From the NCBI GenBank assembly GCA_965644315.1, contig CBFFRQ010000096.1, forward strand, positions 328,822-392,821: a stretch of 64,000 nt of DNA, in the 5' to 3' direction. The notes under the pieces were generated by a model. That model searched no databases. It worked only from the letters and a program-made list of their open reading frames with translations, and had not been told where the DNA came from. Shown piece after piece: positions 1-11,474 of the stretch. A program made the translations under genes and the position numbers. This DNA is from Caecitellus pseudoparvulus (Eukaryota > Protista > Bigyra: Bicosoecida). Every line of letters starts with the position of its first letter. The stretch's first letter is position 1.

Positions 1-3000
1 AAACAGTCACAGCACCCACATGCTACTGGCAGCTGCCGGGCAAGGGCTGTGCTCCAGTGGTCGAAGGCAAGAACATTGCTACGGCCGATGCAGCCTCCCA
101 GCTTGGACGACATGCACGCGGCACGGCGGCCTCGCCGCTGGGCTTCGGCGTAGGAAAGGAGGCTGTCCATGTCGATGCTCCCATCCCGTTGCACAAGTAT
201 GTGGGGTACATCCTCTGGTGCAGTCCACCGTTCGTACTGTCGCCCAGGAAGCACGGGAAGCATAGTGCTCACGTGCTGCTCCGACTCAGCAAGGGCAAGG
301 GCTTGAGCGAAACCTCCCCACAATGGGTCTTCCAGGGGGCTATACGATACACGGCTGCCCTGCACTGCACTCAACTGGACGGTGCTCAAGTGGACCCCTT
401 GCGGCACTAGCTCTCCTTGAACGCGCACCGACATGGCACCGCCTTGGGCGATGAAGGCCAGCGCCTCCAGCTTCAGGCGGGAGCCTTCGACAGCGTGTGG
501 AACGAGCGCCCAACCTTGTCGCTTGTTGATGTCCGTCAGTGTGGGATTGTCGCCTTCCCTCACAAGCTGCCTGTACGGTTGCGTGAACGCAGGCAGGAAC
601 CGCTCTGGGTGAGGCGCGAACAGGCTGTGCATGCCTTGCCCCATCTTGCCGCATGTCGCGACCCTCGAGAGATGTGACGCACAAGGGGGGGGGCAGACTC
701 TCTGGAGCAGGCACGCCGATGCGAGGCCCAGTACCAAGACGCAAGCGCAGATGAGTGAGGGGACGTACAGGGTGCGCACAGCGACATCTGCAACAACGGG
801 TGGGAGCTGAGCCCCCATGCTCGCGATGGCTGCCCGGCCTTGCCCAGGATTCAACGTCTCGAGCAGATGCTGGCTCTGCACAAGTGCGGGGCTGCTGTAC
901 ACACCCCAGCACGCTGCGAGGTAGGCAGCCACGAGGAGCAGCAAGCACGCCCCAACTCCCCGCTCCACTTGGTAGCTCGGGTCTCGTTCAGGAACTGCCA
1001 TGACTCGGTAGGCGAGTAGCTTGACTTGCCAGTACTCCAGAGCTAGCGAGGCAGCGACGAAGCAGAGCATGATCGGCGCGCCAGGGGAGGCAACCGCAGC
1101 GATGAACAGCCATGTGAGCGCACGAGAGTAGTGTTTCCCAGCAGGCAGTCGTCTTGGCCGCCACTCGTAGTTGACCTGGTCTTGATCTGATCCCTCTTCC
1201 AGCGCCTTCCGGCGATGTCGCGGCAGGAGGAAGAAGTGCCGGACCAAGCTTGGTGCGTTTCCAGCGACAGCATCCAGCAGGACGAATGCGCACATATACG
1301 AAGAGATAGCCACTTGGCATGTAGGTGACAAAGCCATGAATGCTCCCTGTGTAGTGCCGAAAGCAGGGTCTACAAACGTGAAGGGAGTCGAAGCAGGCGA
1401 GTATCCCTGCGGAGGCCTCAACTCACCAGCTTCACGCCCAAGCTTGCTTCCACTGGGGCAGAAAGGTGAGACTGTAAGAAGACAAACAGCGGAAAGACGA
1501 TGGCGTTTGCAAGGAGGAACACTTGAGTGAGCCACCACTGAGTGAAAGCTGCGTCGCTGCGGGAGACGTGCTGTGCAGAGCTTGCGATCGCTGCGGACAT
1601 GTGCGGAAGAAGCATCGCAGTAGCGGCAGACAGCACCGCATAGGACCAGGGAAACAACCGTAGAACTTGAGCGCACTCAGCAAAGCTGCTACATACTGCT
1701 CCTGCGCTGCTTGCAGATGTCAATCGGGCCAGGCCTAGCTCGAATCCCCACGCAGCAACAAGCGCCTCTGCTTCCTGTCTGCAGTAGCACTGAACCAAGT
1801 CCTCTTGCGAATAGCCACGCTGATCTACGTTTGAAGCTGCCGAGTGCACTTGCTGCGGCGCCTGCAAGTGAGGCTGTGCGTTGCATAGCTTCTGAGAGTT
1901 GGTGGGATCCAGGCACACGCCAAAGCAGGGGTCCGCAGTCCATCCGCCTTGCCCTAGGTTGTTTTCCAGAGAGGCCTGCCCCCAAGCGAGAGAAACCAGA
2001 TTGGACGAATTGCACTGTTGCCGTGGAACCTGCTGCAGTCTTGTATCAGGTGGAAAAGCTGTGGTGCCAAACGCAGCTGCCGGAGCCACATATTCACATA
2101 CACCGCCAGGGGGAGACTGACCCGCCGCTTGGATGAACCCTTGGCCAGCGATGACGTGAAGCGCAGCCAAAAGGCAGAGCACGAGACACCCCACCAGCCC
2201 GACCAGAGTGCAAGCCTTGAAGTTATGCTCGTCGCTCTGAAACAGAGCCGACCAAGAGACACTCTCAGGGTGGGGAGCCGGCGCCACCGCCACGCGCCGT
2301 CCCTTGAGCAGCAGGCCTTGAGAGGAACCACACGACACACCCCGGCAGCAACAAAGCGCGCATGTTGAGGAGCTGTAGTCCTCCACCACTCTCTGCCAGC
2401 TTTCTTCGTTGTTGAAAGTGATGAATGCCGCCCCAGCTTGAGCTGAGTGGGGAAGGGACGGCGTGGCGCTGTCCAGCTCTTGCAGCGCAAGGTCACAATC
2501 CGCAAGCTGATCCTGTGCCGCAATTGCACGCTCAGAATCTGCCTCTGGTGAGGAATCAGAGTACTTGAGGCAGTCTGCCACCAGCCTGTCGCGCTCCCGC
2601 TTCATGGCCACCATGCTGGCGTAGTGGGTGGACAGAGCAGGACTCTGCGGGACAACTTGCACATCTGCGACCCACTTGCCTGCCGCCCCGCTCCCACAAA
2701 ACTGGGATGCGACCTCTGTGGTGGGATTCAGCGTCCCTCGAGGCCGCCTCTGCAGCGTTGCCAGCGATAGCTGCGCTGTGTTTTGGGGGTCGAAGGCGTG
2801 CCGGGCTGGTGCAGCATAGCAGGGACATCGCCGCCGCCCAGCAGTGCTGGATGCCGCACTGCTCAAGTCCGCCAGCCGGTCAAAATGCTCTGCAACCTCT
2901 TGTGCTGTCGTGCTGGGGTGCAGACCCTGGGCTATGACGCTGTAGTGCGCAACGCGCGGTTGCCTCCACGGCTCGCGTCGAATGTCCACGGTCACCGCCC

Positions 3001-3964
3001 ATCGCCACTCGATGACTAGCGCCAAGAGGGCAGCCCCTGCAATGACCTGAAATACAGAGCAGTACAGGAAGATGAAGTCGAGGAGTTGGTCAGACATGCC
3101 AGGCAGCGCTATGGTTTGGTGGGGGCAGGGGTCGTCCACAGTTCCCAGGCACGTGGAGTTCTTCATGCCGGTCCACTTTGCTGTCTCCGGTTTGCCCAAG
3201 CCTGCGAAGGACACAGTGCCTACGCCAAGCATGTCTTCGTCCAGCTTGGACAGCCTGTCCCCGAACGAGCTGAGCACCATGACGGGAACGCTGGTGATGG
3301 CAGCGACCACCAGAGCAATGGGTGCCATCTTCTGCACAGGACAAGGGCCCACCTGGCATGAGTATGGAAACTCGGCATTGTCTGGAGGCGCGCGCTCACC
3401 AGGAGACTGAGCAGCAGCTTCAGCGGGGGGGCAGCGCCAGCGTTCCCGAGGCTTGGGCTGGAATTGCAGCAGATCCTCGCGAGTCCACCGGCATGCACTT
3501 CTTTCGTGAAGACCCCGAGAGCCTGGCGTGTTTGCGGGGAGTGGGGGAGGGCGTGCATGCAAGTAGCGTTTCATGGGCGTTCAGCGACAGCGGCGGCGAA
3601 GCGCAGCAGCACTCACTTCTGCCTGGTTCGGCCGCACCCAGAGCTCCTTGCTCAGGCGTGACAGCAGCGCACCTCCCAGGTGCTTCTTCAAGCCAAGCTC
3701 TTTTGCCTTCAGGTACGCTCGGCGACGTCGCGCCTCTGCTTCGCGTTGTGAACGCAAGCGGATGTGCCGTTCCCCTGAGGCATTGACTCGCTCGCGCACC
3801 TCCTTTGCATCTGCCAGCACACGTCCATCGTGCGCAAAGAGCAGTTCAGGCTCCAAGCTTTCCTCTGCTGTGCGGATATTTTCAGCAGCTTGAAGACTCT
3901 GGGCCGCTGCATCGGCGTAGTGAGCCAGCATGCGCTGGCGGGCGTTGCGCCTGCTGCTATCCAT
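1..3964 (-). CDS. OSCA/TMEM63/TMC-like multipass membrane (putative mechanosensitive channel) protein; multi-exon, 3' end runs off the window
   Basis: Exons joined by GT-AG introns: MDSSRR...RPNQAE | ALGVF...LLLSLL | KMAPIALV...LGVKL | GYSPAST..., and the last frame stays open to position 1. Motifs: 'HYSVIAQGL', 'GAAFITFNNEESWQRVVEDY', 'VAPAPHPESVSWSAL' (OSCA/TMEM63 A-P-x-P-x-x-I-x-W type), and 'DQDQVNYEW...HYSRALTWLF...PIM...LEYWQVK' in the TM region. Confidence 0.65.
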
Positions 3965-4256
3965 GCTTGCCACAGATGAAGCTGGCAGACTGGCTCGAGC
4001 CGCCGGCTCTCACACGCTCATTCACACGAGCAGCACGAACACAATTCAAAAACAAGCCTGTGCACTCACACTGACAACTTCCTTTTGACTGTGCACTTGT
4101 CTTGCATCACCAGCGCTGGTAGCGGTGTGAGCGTTGCAGCGGCACCACCGTCAAGTGCGGATTTTGACCATATTCAAGGTGCCCCATCAAGCGAACGCTG
4201 CTTGGGAAGCACAGCATTAGGGGGCAGTCAACGAGTCTGACACGCCCTCCATAGTC

Positions 4257-7200
4257 ATGCCGAAGCAGGGCATGTCCGTGCTAAGCGTGGCTGGCACACG
4301 GCAGCACTCTCGAAAGCACTTGCAGCAGGGAGAATCAGCAGGTGCACAGCACACTCGACGTACGTGCCAGCGGCCCTTATGAGCCGCCATGTGTACAGGT
4401 TCTACCGCCAACTCGATTTTTACACCTCTCTTTCTCAGCTGCGGGGCCTACTCGTGTCCCGAGCGGGAATCTTGGCGCCAAGGCTGCCGCCTTGCGGTGG
4501 CACACAGAGCGCGAGGGCCGGCAGGAGCGCACGCTTGACGCGAGAGCTGCCGTCAAGTCGCAAGCATGCTCCCTTGCCTTCCCACCTCCTGCTTTCATCC
4601 CCTGGCGCGAGGCGTCTTTTGATCGACGCCAGGCCCACCTGCACAAGGCAATCAAAGAGTGTGGCGCCGGGGCTTTGGCCAGCAGCGCGCCTGGCGGCAC
4701 GCCGGGCACAAAGAACTTGGAAGTCCTTCAGGACCGCCTGCGGGCCCAGCGAGACGAGCTGACCCAGGTGAAGTACAGCACGCTCCCACTGGGTGCTGCT
4801 GCTGACTTTGGAAAGCCTGGCGTGCCCTTCAAGTGGCGGTGCCGCGAAGCGGGCCGCCTCGTGCGCCTCGCCGTGTGTGTCACCATGTACAATGAGAGCG
4901 GGGAGGAGCTGTCCCGCACCCTGCGGGGGATAGCGTCCAATCTGGCACCACTCCAAGCCATGTGTGGCATTGCCTGGGAGGAAGTGGTGGTGTTCCTGGT
5001 CGCGGACGGGCGGCAGACGGTGCAGAAGCACGGCGCGCGGTGGCTGCAGAGCCACGGGCTTCTGGACACCATCGCGATGAAGGAGCGGGGCCAGGCCGCG
5101 GCAAACGCACAGGAATCTGTGTCCCTGCACGTGTTTGAAAGGACGGTGGAGTGGCCGGACGTGCACTGTCCCGACGCCTCCGAGACACCTCGGTCAGCCT
5201 GGGCCTTCCCCCCCATGCAAGTCATCACGGCGGTGAAGGAGCAGAACGGCGGCAAGCTGTCTTCCCATGCCTGGTTCTTCCAAGCCTTCTGCCCCCGCGT
5301 GCACCCTGAGTTCTGCCTGCTTCTGGACGCCGGCACGATGCCTCAGCCCACCAGCATCGCGCGCTTGATCCGCTCCATGCAGCTGCGTCCCGGCGTGGGC
5401 GGCGCGGCCGGGGAAATCGTTGCTGACAGCAACTGCTGCAATATCGTGCAGTGGGCGCAAGCCTTCGAGTACCAAATCGCCCACGACTTCGACAAGACGT
5501 TTGAGTCGGCATGTGGCTTCATCAGCGTCCTGCCAGGCGCCTTCTCAGCGTACAGGTGGGTGGCCCTGCTGGGCACGGGGAGTGTCAGCCCCCTGACAGC
5601 ATACTTCAAGCTGGAGAGTGCCGAGGCTGGGCAAATTGACCCCATGGTCGCGAACATGTATCTCGCAGAGGACCGCATCCTGTGCAATGAGCTCGTGCTG
5701 CAGGCCAATGAAGCCTGGGTGCTGCACTACGAGTGTGGCGCGCAGGCGTCGACGGACACCCCCGCGACGCTACAAGCGCTGATCAAGCAGCGGCGCCGCT
5801 GGTTGAATGGGAGTCTCTTCGCCCAGATCAACTATATCGGGCAGTTTGTCTCCCGAATCGGTGCGACCCGGCACCCTTGGTGGCGGAAGTGCGTGTTGAG
5901 TCTCCAAGTGCTGTACATGGCATGCATGGCACTGGTCACGTGGTTCTCCCCCGGCCTGCTTTTCCTGTCACTCTTGGTTGTGCTGCGGGCGTTCAACGCA
6001 GTCGTGGGCACGCTCATTTCCCCGTTCTTCGACGCCTTCTTCTTTGCGGTGCTGTACCTCAGCTGCATCGGCACGCTCGTGCTGGCGGGCATGGTGGGGG
6101 ACGTCGGCGACTTGGGGGCACTGTACGTTGGCATGGCGATGTTCTTCGGCGTCGTTGCTGTTGGGTCAGGCGTTATGATTGCTGTGCTCATGGTGCTGTC
6201 TGCAGACAACCTCCACCCGGCAGTGCTCGCGTCGGCTGTTGGCGCCACTGTCCCGTACATCGTCGCACCGTCCCTGCAACTCCGGCTGCGGTCTGCACTG
6301 GGAACTCTGCCTGCCTACGCGTTGCTTGCTTTGGCATATGTCAACATGTTGCCAATCAACGCGCTGGCACAGCTGCACGACACGTCTTGGGGCACGCGCC
6401 CCGGCCGCACGGGCAGTCTGTGGCTGCAGTCTGCGGAGGAGCGTGAGGCAAGGGCGCTGCGCTTGACCAAGAGTGTCATGGCCACTGTGGAGCAGCGCAT
6501 CCCTCCCACGCCATCGGTTGAGCGACAGAGGGTTATAGCAGCTGTCTCGGCAGCCGTGCAAGAGGAGCACGCTGCCAAACTCCGCCTGGAGCAGCAAGGA
6601 CAGATGCGAGAGGCCAAGGCGAGCAGGCGCCAGAAACAGGAGGCGCAGGTGTTCAACTACTTCCGACTGTGGGTCACCCTGTCCTTCATGCTGTGCAATG
6701 GGCTGCTGGTCGCAGTCATCACAGCCTCTGGGGCCGTGTACTTCAGCGGCCTCACCATCGCAGGGATTGTCCTGCTCGCGACGCTGGGGCGAGGCGTGGG
6801 GATGTTTGCGTACTCCATTGAGCGCTGGTGCTCGTGGTTTGTGCGGCGCTTTTGCCACGTCCCCGAACGCAGCGGGAGGAACGCGTACCTCTGTGGTTGT
6901 CGCCAAGTTGATGCCCTGACTGGAGTGGAGAGCATGGTCTGCGCCTCACCTCTCGGACAGGTTGCATCGCACAGGTGGTTGGCCGCCCACAACCTCGCTA
7001 CTCGTGATACAAAGGTCCCTGCCCCGCAGGGGAACTCAGTGGAGGCTGCCTCCTGCTGCGCCTGCCTCGCCCGCCCCGAGCAGCGAGCGTCACCTTACGT
7101 GCCCACGCCAGGCCTGGAGGGGTACACGACGTCGCCGAACTCTGGTCAGCGGGCTTGGATGAGGCAGGCCGTGCACCGTGGACTCCTTCCCAAGGAGCCA

Positions 7201-7626
7201 GATGCCACCATGAATGTCGTGCTTGCTCCAGGCCGAACACCTCAGCGCACAGAGTCAGCAACGCCTGTGGGCCCTCACGACGGACCTGGTGGTGGTGCTG
7301 GGCAGGTGCCTGAGGGCACGTCTGAGGAAGGTGGGGGTGCCGCCAAGGCGGCTGGCGTCACCAGTGCAGGGACTGCGGCAGAAAGCCGCGATGAGACTGG
7401 CAGCCAGCCCGCGTCACCTCACACCAGCATAGCGAGGTATACATCCAAGTCATCGGTCGGGTTTCACCGCGAGAAGTCGCGGGGTCTGGCGGAAGCCATC
7501 AGTGCGTATACCTCCTTGCGGGATCTCCGTCCATCAGGGCAGGGGCGAGGAGCGACGCTGCAGCGGTTCGCATTCGACCAGCAGACAGGTACTTGGCAGC
7601 CTGTTAGCGAAGGGTCGGGCATGTGA
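4257..7626 (+). CDS. CHS: Chitin synthase (GT2; division-1/oomycete-like)
   Basis: Motifs TMYNE, KEQNGGKLSSH, LLDAGT, QAFEY, VLPGAFSAYR, LAEDRIL, KQRRRWLNG, HDTSWGTR plus a C-terminal TM cluster. Probable exon 1 is 4257-4359, with a GT-AG intron at 4360-4438. Confidence 0.93.
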
Positions 7627-7666
7627 ACAGCAAGCATGCATTGCAGTGTGAATCAGGCTGAGGCAG

Positions 7667-10418
7667 TCACAGGTCTGAACAGAAGTCGTACTTGTACCCG
7701 CCGCCGTCCAGCAGGAACGCGCAGCGCAGCTGGACATTCATGCTCTGCCACACAACAATGGTGACTGCAACGAGAGAGGCAGCAATGAAGAAAGGGAGAA
7801 GACCAGGCGGCAGCAATGAAAATGCATACAGCCTGCGCACTGCCATGACTTCCAGCTTGAACGCGAGGGACAGCGCAAGGGGGGGGCGAGAAGGCGTGTA
7901 CCTAGACGGCACTGGGCGGATGGGCTGTGTGTTTGGATACTTGGTTTGGACATCAGAAGGCAGCTTGAGCGTGGGCACAGGAAGGCTGTCGTCGATGGTG
8001 GGGCCCGCTTCAGGGTCGTGGAACACGGTCCCTGTCGCTGCGCCGACCAAGTCCACGCCATCGAATGCTGCTTTCGGCGAGGCCACTTCGTGGAAGACAC
8101 GCAGAGGCACGTGCTGCCACAGGGATGCTCGCTCCGTCATGATCCCTGCAGCGTGCCATCGAGAAACCCGTGCCGCTGCAGCATCCACAACGGCATCATC
8201 TCCAGCTGCTTTGCAGCAGCCGTACGTGAAGCTGCAAGACCGCCGCACAAATACACAGCAGCACCACAGGCCCGCTGTGCAGCATGGGGGCCCATCGCAC
8301 AAGCTGGAGCTCTGTGCTCTGTGCGAGCGATGGTGCCCAGCATCTGACCCCCGGCGGCTTGTGATGGAGAGTGTAGGCACGTCGAGGGAGTGCGTGGCTG
8401 AGACGGAGTGGGACACATCTGACGACGCGGCGGACTGCACGGCGCTGACTTCGCGCGAGGGAAGAGACAGCGGCACGGAAAACGCAGAATCTGACACTCT
8501 GCGCTGGCTACGTTGCGAGGGGGGCGCCTGGGGAGCACCCGCTGCTGCTCCCGCACGGGGGGGCCTGCCAACTTGGTCGTGTGCGGAAGCGGGCAAGGGG
8601 CTGGGCCGCCCTGGGTCAAGCCTGACAATGGTCTGGTCTTGATCGCGAGCAAGGTGCTTCACTGGCAGGTTCACAGTCACCCGCCCGCTGTCTGTCTGGT
8701 GCACGGCGGCCCGCTTCAGCCGCGGCAGAGGGCGGTGCGCGGTGACGAGCTCAGCTGCTTCCACTGGCAGGGGCCGGACGCTGCACACCGCACGCATGCA
8801 GCCCACACCAACAGCCGCCCCGATATCGGTTGTGAGCTCAATGAGCAGCTGCACGACGACCCGCACAACAATGGCGCCCGTGCTGAGCGGCTGCGCTCCA
8901 GGGGAGGGTGGCACGGCGAAGAGCAGGGTGAGCGGCAGGGATGCCAGGATGCCGACATCTTCACACATGCTGTCAACTTCCATGAACGCGTGGTGGAAGT
9001 GGGTCCAACGCCGGTCATGCCACGCCTGGGTCACGGGGTCGTCTTCCTCCTTGCTCGTGCAGCAGAGGCGCCGGCGCAAAGCCAGCGCAGTCTTGTCGCG
9101 CCAGGGCAGCGTGAACCGCATGGTCATTTCCACCAGCGCAATCGTAATGGAGACGCCCACGGTCTCTGCAAAGCTCTCCAGGTTTGTTGACAGGAACCGC
9201 CCCAACATGGAGGCCACCAGCATGGTGGGCAGCATGAACACCAAGCTGTACTGCGCTGCGATGCGGTGCCCCAGAGCTGACCGCGCCGTCAGGCGAATGA
9301 CGAGAAGGAACACCTCTACAACAAGTGGGAAGCCAAGGATGCGAATGAGCACCCTTCCAATGGTGGGCGCCTGCACAAAGGCTTTGGTGAGGGTGGCAGA
9401 GCCGACGGAGGCCAGGCCGACGCAGGCGACAAAGGATACCACTGTCAGCAGCAGCTTGTGGCGAACGCCAGGGCCGGCCTCCTTGCTGAGTTGCCGCGTG
9501 AAAGGGTAGCCGAAACAAGTCACGAGCAAGGCTGCGCCCAGCGGGTAAATGGCCATGCTCAAGATCAAGCTCGGCGAGCTGTCAGCTGCTCTGTTGACTT
9601 GCACAGCCACCATGGCGAAGAGAAGGGTGAAGACGAGCGGGAGCACGGCAACAAAGGCGGTGATCCTGAAGCGAAAGAGGCTGCCTCTCAGCACAAGTGC
9701 CCATGTGCCCAGTGCGACTGTCAAGCTGTTCAACGTAGTGTGGGTGGACAGCACTGCAAGCAGCTCCCAGCTGATCGAATTCCGCAAGCCCCCGGGAACG
9801 GTCCTCTGCGTCCATGGCGCTGAGGTAGTGGAATTCGCTGTGACTTGGTGAAATCCAGAGGAATCTGCACAGGGACATGTGCGCAGCATGGGGCCTGTGC
9901 TTCCCCGGGCGCCGCTTGATTCGACATGGAAGTGCTCGGCTTGGATTTGGCCCGCACACCACTCTCCGCAGCCAGTCCGCCCTCGCGGCAGCGATGGGTG
10001 CCCAGCACCCCGCTACACACCACGCACCTATGTACTCCCAGTATCTGTTCAGCAAGGCAAAGCACCAGCTGATGCCGGCACAGGCCACGAGAGCAGCTGA
10101 GAGTGTCCAAGCTTTGACGTGAAGCGCATGCGACCTGGGTGCCGCAGCAGAGATTGGGGTGGTGCGCACAGCTCGCAGAGGCGTAGCATGTGGATACAGG
10201 GCAAAGGAAACCATGCGCCTGAGATTCCCACCGCATGGCTACGCTGCGCACGCTCTGCACCGCCTCACTCACCAGCTACGCGTCACCAAGGCTGCTGTGC
10301 TGTTCCCGACGAGGAGCAAGTGCCGCTTGGCATGGCTGGAGCCAGCACGGGTTGGCTGAGAGCCCGTCGAAGCCACAGAAGCTACTGTGTGCGAGCGGCC
10401 TTCACCAGCGCTCTGCAT
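7667..10418 (-). CDS. Uncharacterised multipass membrane protein (about 8-10 TM, long Ser/Pro-rich loop)
   Basis: 740-aa ORF with many hydrophobic helices. Two upstream exons join in frame via GT-AG introns (MQSAGEG...RSW | SHALHVKAW...EYI | DSSGFHQ). No family recognised. Confidence 0.6.
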
Positions 10419-11011
10419 TGCTGCCTTGGTGAGGCGGCGGGGCACCTTGAGCGGTGAAGCAAAGAGGAGGCGAGGGAAGGTGGCGTGTGCACAGCAGCGG
10501 GTGAGCACTTCTGCTTGCCCAACTGCAGGTCCCCAGGGCCACAGCCCAAGGCGGCACCTGGGGCAAGCACAACCTGACTGAGAGTGTTCCGCGTGACAGC
10601 GAAGTTTAGACTTTGTGCGCTGAGGGGTAATGTCGGTCCGTGAAGATGCGTGGTGCTGTCGCCAGCCATAAGTGAGGTACGGCACCGCACCTTCACTGGA
10701 TCCGCCTCCTCGACACATATAGGACCGGAAATAGAGAAACTTGTCGAGAATGGGCCGTCTCTATGTGTCACTTTGGGTCGAAAGCCGCGACAATTGCCCT
10801 GCGACGCGCACACAGTCGGCCTGGCACCGGCCCAGATGCCGTTGAGCAGGGGCAAGGTGGAGAGTCTACAGACCTAGCATGCAGGGAAAACTACTCCAAC
10901 TCCAAGACACTGCCCGTCGTCAATGCTTTCCGTACACCCCCCCCCCTTGTGCTTGATTTCAACCCCCCTGTTAGGCGCTGGCCGAGCCAGGGTTTCACGC
11001 GAAACGCCAGC

Positions 11012-11415
11012 ATGGCCACCACGCACAAACGCTCCCTTTCATGGAGGACCATCGCTTGGTCATTCTTCCTGCTGCTTGTAGGAGCTGTATGTTCTCGATA
11101 CGCACACTTCTTGCCAATAGCGGTCACGGCAGCGGTGGCCCACGCCAACCCCGGCGCTTCGCAGGTGATGTTGCTGGTGGGGCTGTCTGAGTGGTACTCG
11201 AACCACGAGCGGGCCATTGCCATGCTTGTCGTGGGCAGCATCGGTAGGTGCTGTGGGAGGGAATGAGCCGATGCTCAATCTGGCAGTAGTTTCACGCGCT
11301 CTGTCCTCCGTTCGCAGCTTTCTTGCCTGGTGCATTCGCAACTGTCATCATGGTCGGGGCAGCTCTGCGGTGGAAAGGGTACAACCTGAACCAGATTCCC
11401 CAGTACGACGATTAA
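11012..11415 (+). CDS. TMEM230/TMEM134 (DUF872)-like small membrane protein, 3 exons
   Basis: Spliced product MATTHKRSLSWRTIAWSFFLLLVGA|VMLLVGLSEWYSNHERAIAMLVVGSI|AFLPGAFATVIMVGAALRWKGYNLNQIPQYDD*. The 'FLPG...GY...IPxxDD' C-terminus is typical of the family. Confidence 0.8.
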
Positions 11416-11474
11416 CCTGGCAGCGGCTGGGTCCATTTTCGGGGTGCATTAGTGTGGCGGGCGCCCTGGGCGGG

